Positions 57,881 through 64,000 of a stretch of DNA of 64,000 nt are shown here, piece after piece. The stretch is from positions 9,362,001 to 9,426,000 of the forward strand of contig NC_086110.1 of NCBI RefSeq assembly GCF_963921235.1, in the 5' to 3' direction. A program made the position numbers and the translations under genes. Each line of letters opens with the position of its first letter. The stretch's first letter is position 1. The DNA is from Mobula hypostoma. Taxonomy: Eukaryota. The notes under the pieces are model-generated. The model did no database searches. It was given only the letters and a program-made list of their open reading frames with translations, and was not told the DNA's origin.

Positions 57881-58203
57881 CTGGTTGCAATGTTGTATTG
57901 ACCTTTAACATGGATTACAAATCCTCACCTAACTCTTGAAATGTTTTGAGCTACATCAAGCAAGAACCTGACTGAGATTTTAAAGCTGATGAGGTAAATT
58001 CTTTTTGAATGAGACCTCATTGTGCTAACATTTATCTTCCATAAATAAGATGTCAGTTTGACCATTAGTGCTTTTGCTGCACAGGAAACTTAAATTCATA
58101 ATACATATACTTTGTGTAGAGCTCTCAGAAATTGGTGACCTCCTGATTCATTTGCATGAGAGAATGCGTGACTTCATTTCTCCTTTTTGTATCTGCTTTC
58201 CAG

Positions 58204-58314
58204 ACACCAGCAACATTTTCCATCTTCCCTGGTGGATTTATCTTTGTGGAGGAATTCTTGTACTGCTTTTGATTTTTTTAACAATACTATGCTATAAATT
58301 ACGTAAGCACAAAG
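58204..58314 (+). CDS. IgSF receptor exon 4: stalk, transmembrane helix and basic stop-transfer
   Basis: TCTGCTTTCCAG acceptor, AAG|GTAAGA donor, phase 1-1; DTSNIFHLPWWIYLCGGILVLLLIFLTILCYKLRKHK. Linkage to the C1 exon is inferred; only repeats were recognised in between. Confidence 0.75.
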
Positions 58315-58789
58315 GTAAGAAACAATCTCTTTTCAATGAGACTATGTTTATATCATTCAAGAATTTAGTGAATTAACCATTCCGTTATTATGGGCTTCAG
58401 CATCAACATTTTGATTTATGTGACTTTTTTCCCTCATGAGCTGCTCAAAGTAAAAGAGAATGTAAATTGGATACATCCATGACAAACACTGGGTTTTCAG
58501 ATTAGGTGAGGGATATTTAAAGGCAAAGTGTCCAGTGTATCAACGGCTCTCAGACATTTCCTGGTATTTGGAGAGAGCTGAATTGATGAAGGTTTGCTTC
58601 TGTGATCAGAATCAGAACCAGAATCAGGTTTAACATCACCGGCATATGTCGTGAAATTTGTTAACTTTACTTCAGCAGTACAATGAAATGCATGATAAAC
58701 AAATATAGAGGAAAAAAGCAATAGCAGTAAGTATTTATATGTCTATTAAATAGTTAAGTTAAAATTAGTGCAAAAAAAAACAGAAATAA

Positions 58790-61100
58790 AAAGGATTCAG
58801 CAGTGGCTGGATGGGAGACGCCAGAGAGTAGTGGTGGATAACCGTTTGTCAGATTGGAGGCCGGTGACTAGTGGTGTGCCTCAGGGTTCTGTACTGGGTC
58901 CAATGTTGTTCGTCATATATATTAATGATCTGGATGATGAGGTGGTAAATTGGATTAGTAAGTATGCAGATGATACTAAGGTAGGTGGAGTTGTGGATAA
59001 TGAAGTAGGTTTTCAAAGCTTGCAGAGAGATTTAGGCCAGTTAGAAGAGTGGACTGAAAGATGGCAGATGGAGTTTAATGCTGAGAATTGTGAGGTGCTA
59101 CATTTTGGTTGGACTAATCAAAATAGGACATACATGGCAAATAGTAGGGCATTGAAGAATGCAGTAGAACAGAGGGATCTAGGAATAATGGTGCATAGTT
59201 CCCTGAAGGTGGAATTTTCTGTCGATAGGGTGGTGAAGATAACTTTTGGTATGCTGGCCTTTATAAATCAGAGCATTGAGTATAGGAGTTGGGATGTAAT
59301 GTTGAAATTGTATAAGGCATTGGTGAGGCCAAATTTGGAGTATTGTGTACAGTTCTGGTCACCGAATTATAGGAAAGATGTCAATAAGACATGAATTAGC
59401 TAAGATAGATTGGCAAATGATAATTAAAGGGTTGATGGTGGATATGTAATGGCAAGCATTTAAAGATCGCATGGATGAACTACAACAATTGTTCATCCCA
59501 GTTTGGCAAAAGAATAAACCAGCGATGGTAGTGCACCTGTGGCTGACAAGGGAAATTAGGGATAGTATCAATTCGAAAGAAGAAACATACAAATTAGCCA
59601 GAAAAAGCAACACACCTGAGGACTGGGAGAAATTCAGAGTCCAGCAGAGGAGGACAAAAGGCTTAATTAAGAAAGGGGAAAAAAGGTTGAGAGTAAGCTG
59701 GCAGGGAATATAAAAACTGACTGTAAAAGCTTTTATAGATATGTAAAAAGAAAAAGATTGGTTAAGACAAATGTAGGTCCCTTACAGTCAGAAACAGGTG
59801 AATTGATCATGGGGAACAAGGACATGGCAGACCAATTGAATAACTACTTTGGTTCTGTCTTCACTAAGGAGGACATAAATAATCTTAAGGAAATAGTAGG
59901 GGATCGAGGGTCTAGTGAGATGGAGGAACTGAGGGAAATACATGTTAGTAGAGAAGTAGTGTTAGGTAAATTGAAGGGATTAACTGCAGATAAATCTCCA
60001 GGGCCAGATGTTCTGCATCCCAGAGTGCTTAAGGAAGTAGCCCAAGAATAGTGGATGCATTAGTGATCATTTTTCAGAACTCTTTAAATTCTGGATTAAT
60101 TCATGAAGATTGGAGGGTGGCTAATGTAACCCCACTTTTTAAAAAAGCGGGGAGATAAACCAAGGAATTATAGACTGGTTAGTCTAACATCAGTGGTGGG
60201 GAAAATGCTAGAGTCATTTATCAAAGATGTGATAACAGCACATTAGGAAAGAGGTAAAATCATCGGACAAAGTCAGCATGGATTTGTGAAAGGAAAATCA
60301 TGTCTGACGAATCTTATAGAATTTTTTGAGGATGTAACTAGTAGAGTGGATGGGAGTGGATGTGGTATATTTGGATTTTCAGAAGGCTTTTGACAAGGTC
60401 CCACACAGGAGATTAGTGAGGCCAATTCATCGGCTATATTTAAGAGGGAGTTAGATATGGCCCTTGTCGCTAAAGGGATCGGGGGTATGGAGAGAAGGCA
60501 GGTACAGGGTTCTGAGTTGGATGGCCAGCCATGATCATACTGAATGGCGGTGCAGGCTCGAAGGACCGAATGGCCTACTCCTGCTCCTATTTTCTATGTT
60601 TCTAATAAAATTGAGAGAGTACAGAGGAGATCTACAAAAATGTTGCCTGGGTTCATCTCCTAAGTTACAGAGAAAGGTTGAACAAATTAGGTCTTTATTC
60701 TTTGGAGCACAGACGGTTGAGGGGGGACTTGATAGAGATATTTAAAATTATGAGGGGGATAGATAGAGTTGACGTGGATAGGCTTTTTCCATTGAAAGTG
60801 GGGGAGATTCAAACAAGAGGACATGAGTTGAGAATTAAAGGGCAAAAGTTTAGGGGTAACATGAGGGGGAACTTCTTTACTCAGAGAGTGGTAGCTGTGT
60901 GGAACGAGCTTCCAGCAGAAGTGGTTGAGGCAGGTTTGATGTTGTCATTTAATGTTAAATTGGACAGCTATATGGACAGGAAAGGAATGGAGGGTTATGG
61001 GCTGAGTGCGGGTCGGTGGTTCTAGGTAAGAGTTCGGCACGGACTAGAAGGGCCAAGGTGACCTGTTTCCGTGCTGTAATTGTTATATGTTATATGGTTA
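58790..61100 (+). mobile_element. CR1 LINE 3' part split by a second CR1
   Basis: RT ORF 58768-59394 (YADD) resumes at 60604 (KIERVQRR); AATAA duplicated at 59383-59387 and 60604-60608. Confidence 0.85.
59388..60603 (+). mobile_element. Internally deleted CR1 nested in CR1
   Basis: Linker and RT N-part to [11 protein letters not shown], then a jump near 60418 directly to the 3' UTR and TTTCTATGTTTCT tail. Confidence 0.8.
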
Positions 61101-62559
61101 TAAAAGAAGTAGTGAGGTCCTGTTCATGGGTTCAATGTCCATTTAGAAATTAGATGTACAAGGGAAGAAGTTGTTACTGAATCACTTGTTGTGTGCCTTC
61201 TGGCTTCTGTACCTCCTTTCCAACATTGACAATGAGAAGGGGGCATGTCCTGGGATTTTAGATGGAAGGATTACCTATTTGGCACTTCTGACTGGATGTA
61301 GCCATGACTCCAGTAGTCATATGCTAAGCATGTTGTCTTTGAGACTCTGTTATTTCCATTCACAAGTAGATTTAGTAGGACTGCAAAACTTGTTGGATCT
61401 GCTTATTTGAGATTGCTTAGCTCTGTCGGTTTCATGCTAGTTTGCTGTTTAGTGTGAGTGTAGTTTGTCGCTGCAGTTATCATTTTTGGATGAGCCTGGT
61501 GCTAGTCCTCGCATGCCCTTCTGCACTCCTCACTGAATCAGTGTTAAGCCCCAACATAATCATAATTGTAGGGAGAGGGGAAATGCAAATAAGGAGGTTA
61601 GTCTCCATGACAACCGTGCTGTGGTCACTTATACCAATGCTATGCGTGACAGATGTATGTGCCTCAGGAACACATATATCTGTAAGTGACAGGATTGGTG
61701 AGGAGGAGGTTTACACCCTTTAATCCTAAAATCCTTACATTTATCAAGGCATTCATTGATTGATCATTAAGCTCTATTTTCCATTTACAGGGATGTACAA
61801 GAACTTTATCTATTGTGTCCTAGCCCACTTATGTTTTGAACTCATGACTCCTGTATCCTGTATTTTGACATTGAAGCTATGTACAAGGACAGTGACAAAG
61901 AAGGTTACAAGTTATTAATCACATTTATCAGACTCTACCACCTGTTTCCTCCATTGTTGTTATTTCCTCACAACCAAGCCATTACTTTAATGCTGTTTCT
62001 TCCTTTGAGAGTGTGTTTGTAACTTCAGGGACCTGCTAGCATTTTAAAACTTGACTTTTCACTGTGCTGTTAATCTTTTAAGTCAAGGGATATTAAACTA
62101 TAATTACCAATTTGCAGGAATAAATACACGTAAAACAACTCAGTCGACTAGTTCTTTAATATTCAACTACAAGACACAAGTTATTATGTGGGTGGACTTA
62201 TCAGATGTTTAAAGGACATTGAATGTTTCAGGGCAATTTCTGGGTGATTTGATTTTGCCCCTGCTCTCCTCCTGTCCTCTTTTGTCCTCTTGTCTCTTTG
62301 AGACTGAATTTCTATATAAACCTGACATTCCATCTTTTCTGTCCTTGAAAATCAACAAAGTTTTAGGAGGGGCTATCACCCACGGCTAGACGTTTCCTCT
62401 AGCTCAACCCAGGGTCATCGACTCGAGACCTCAGCTTTGGAATCACACCTTCATTACCTTTTTTTAAGTTATTCGCATTTCTTGGTTCTTATTTGTTCAG
62501 GGAGTAGATTGATTAAGTTTTATTCTGCTAATTTCAATGACACATTGACAGATAAATAC

Positions 62560-64000
62560 ACATGGCTAAGGACAAAGTAAAATTTCTTTTAATGTCAATG
62601 GGCTGTTAAATTCAATCAAACCCAGTAAAATTCTATCCAAATAAAAATAAGAACAAGCCCATGTAGTATATTTACAGGAAACTCACAGGTGATAATGAAC
62701 ATGGAAAACTAAAGAGAATGGGCTTCGCTAATTTGTTTTTCTCCTCATATAAATCAGGACATAGGAGAGGGTTGCTATTCTTATCTCAAGCAAGCTAAAT
62801 TTTGAAAAAGTATTCGAAATGGGAGATAAGGAGGGCAGATATATTCTGGTAAGGGGCAGCATAGACGGAAATTCAGTTACTTTATTGAATATATATGCAC
62901 CCCCAGGAAGTGATATTAGATTCTTTCAGAAAATTACTAATATTATGCTAATGGAAACAGAAGGTCTCCTGATATGAGGGTGAGACTTAAATTTACAATT
63001 ACAACCAAAGTTAGACTCTTCCAATAGAAAAACCTATGAAACAAAATCCTTTTTGAGGATGTTGATCCAATTGATATATGCAGGGACCTTTTCCCAGACA
63101 GAAGAGATTACACTCTTTATTCTGCCCCCCATTCTGTATATACAAGAATAGATTATTTCATAACATTTGGAAAAGACAAAGACAAAATGAACACTTGTGG
63201 AATTGGGACAATAGATGTAAGTGACCATGCACCTATATATTTATCTGTTGATTTTGACCTACAACCAAAACTGAATTTGGAAACTGAATTCAGACCACTC
63301 AATGATCCCTAATTTAATGAACAAGTTAAAAAAGAAATTGGACTTTACTTAGAATTCAATGATAATGGAGAGGTTTCACCTCCCACTCTATGGGATACTC
63401 TTAAGAGGAAAATTATAGCGATATCTTCATATAAGAAAAATATAAGGAATAAAACATTAGAGGAATTACAAAATAGGCTGAAGGAACTAGAAAAACAAGA
63501 AAAATTGAACTTGGCACAGGATACATTAGAGGAAATTTAAAAGAAAATAGGAATGAAATTAATAGTTTGGCTACGCAAGAAATCAGGAAAAATTTAATGT
63601 TTCTGAAACAGAGACTTTATGAAAGTGGATCTAAGTCTATGAAAATACTGGCATGGAATCTGGGAAAAAAAAGATAGTAGAAAATATAATTCATAGAATT
63701 AGGGATCCAAGAACAAAAATGATTAAAAGAAAATAAGCTAAGTGAAATTTAAGAAGCTTTTGAAGTGTCTTACAAAACTCTATATTCCAAAGCTCCAGGG
63801 GAAACCAGAACCCAAATTGACACCTTCCTGAATTCTCCAGAGTTACCCACTTTAAACGAAGAATAAAATAGAATGATGACTGCTGACATAACTGAAGTTG
63901 AACTAAAAGCTGCAATTAGTAGGCTTAAATTAAGCAAGTCACCAGGATCAGATGGGTATACGGCAGAGTGGTACAAAAAATTTTAAAATGAGTTAATTCC
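62560..64000 (+). mobile_element. L1-clade LINE ORF2 (endonuclease and linker), decayed, running off the window
   Basis: NVNGLLNSIK, LQETH, NIYAP, SDH and KSPGSDG motifs with stops and frameshifts. Confidence 0.85.

Noticed and set aside
61442-61723. 93-aa ORF ending EEEVYTL as the cytoplasmic exon
   Set aside because: In-frame splicing from the TM exon is possible via the AG at about 61542, but the product is hydrophobic and lacks a complete ITIM or ITAM; no support beyond chance.
1-64000. CRISPR arrays, rRNA, tRNA genes or prokaryotic operons
   Set aside because: None seen. tRNA-like matches are primer-binding sites or SINE heads, and the DNA is intron-containing vertebrate sequence.

Overview
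Repeat-rich vertebrate genomic DNA, most likely a cartilaginous fish and probably a ray. This is inferred from the repeat set (CR1, L1, Rex/Babar, V-SINE, Penelope); no database search was run. Two host genes lie on the + strand. (1) The last three coding exons of OGFOD1 (9001-9129, 22696-22754, 33480-33641). (2) About 11.5 kb downstream, an apparently intact non-rearranging antigen-receptor-like IgSF gene: leader 45142-45205, germline-joined VJ exon 45456-45767, C1-set exon 49758-50045, TM exon 58204-58314. All its introns are GT-AG and phase 1; the cytoplasmic exon(s) are unresolved. This VJ-C1-TM gene is the best candidate for an undescribed system. The rest is nested mobile DNA: a full-length CsRn1-type Gypsy (tRNA-Trp PBS, ATGT TSD), a decayed class I ERV (tRNA-Ser PBS), an env-bearing retroelement remnant, a Gmr1-like LTR derivative (tRNA-Pro PBS, CTCT TSD), a solo LTR, many CR1/L1/Rex LINE pieces and Penelope-like elements (PLEs). 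The PLEs carry seven minimal hammerhead-ribozyme motifs. Three motifs have intact cores and all three lie in introns of the Ig gene; some PLE ends are integrated as short fold-back units with their own TSDs. There is a 155-N assembly gap at 23701-23855. Exon, LTR, TSD and ribozyme coordinates were read directly; LINE boundaries are approximate.
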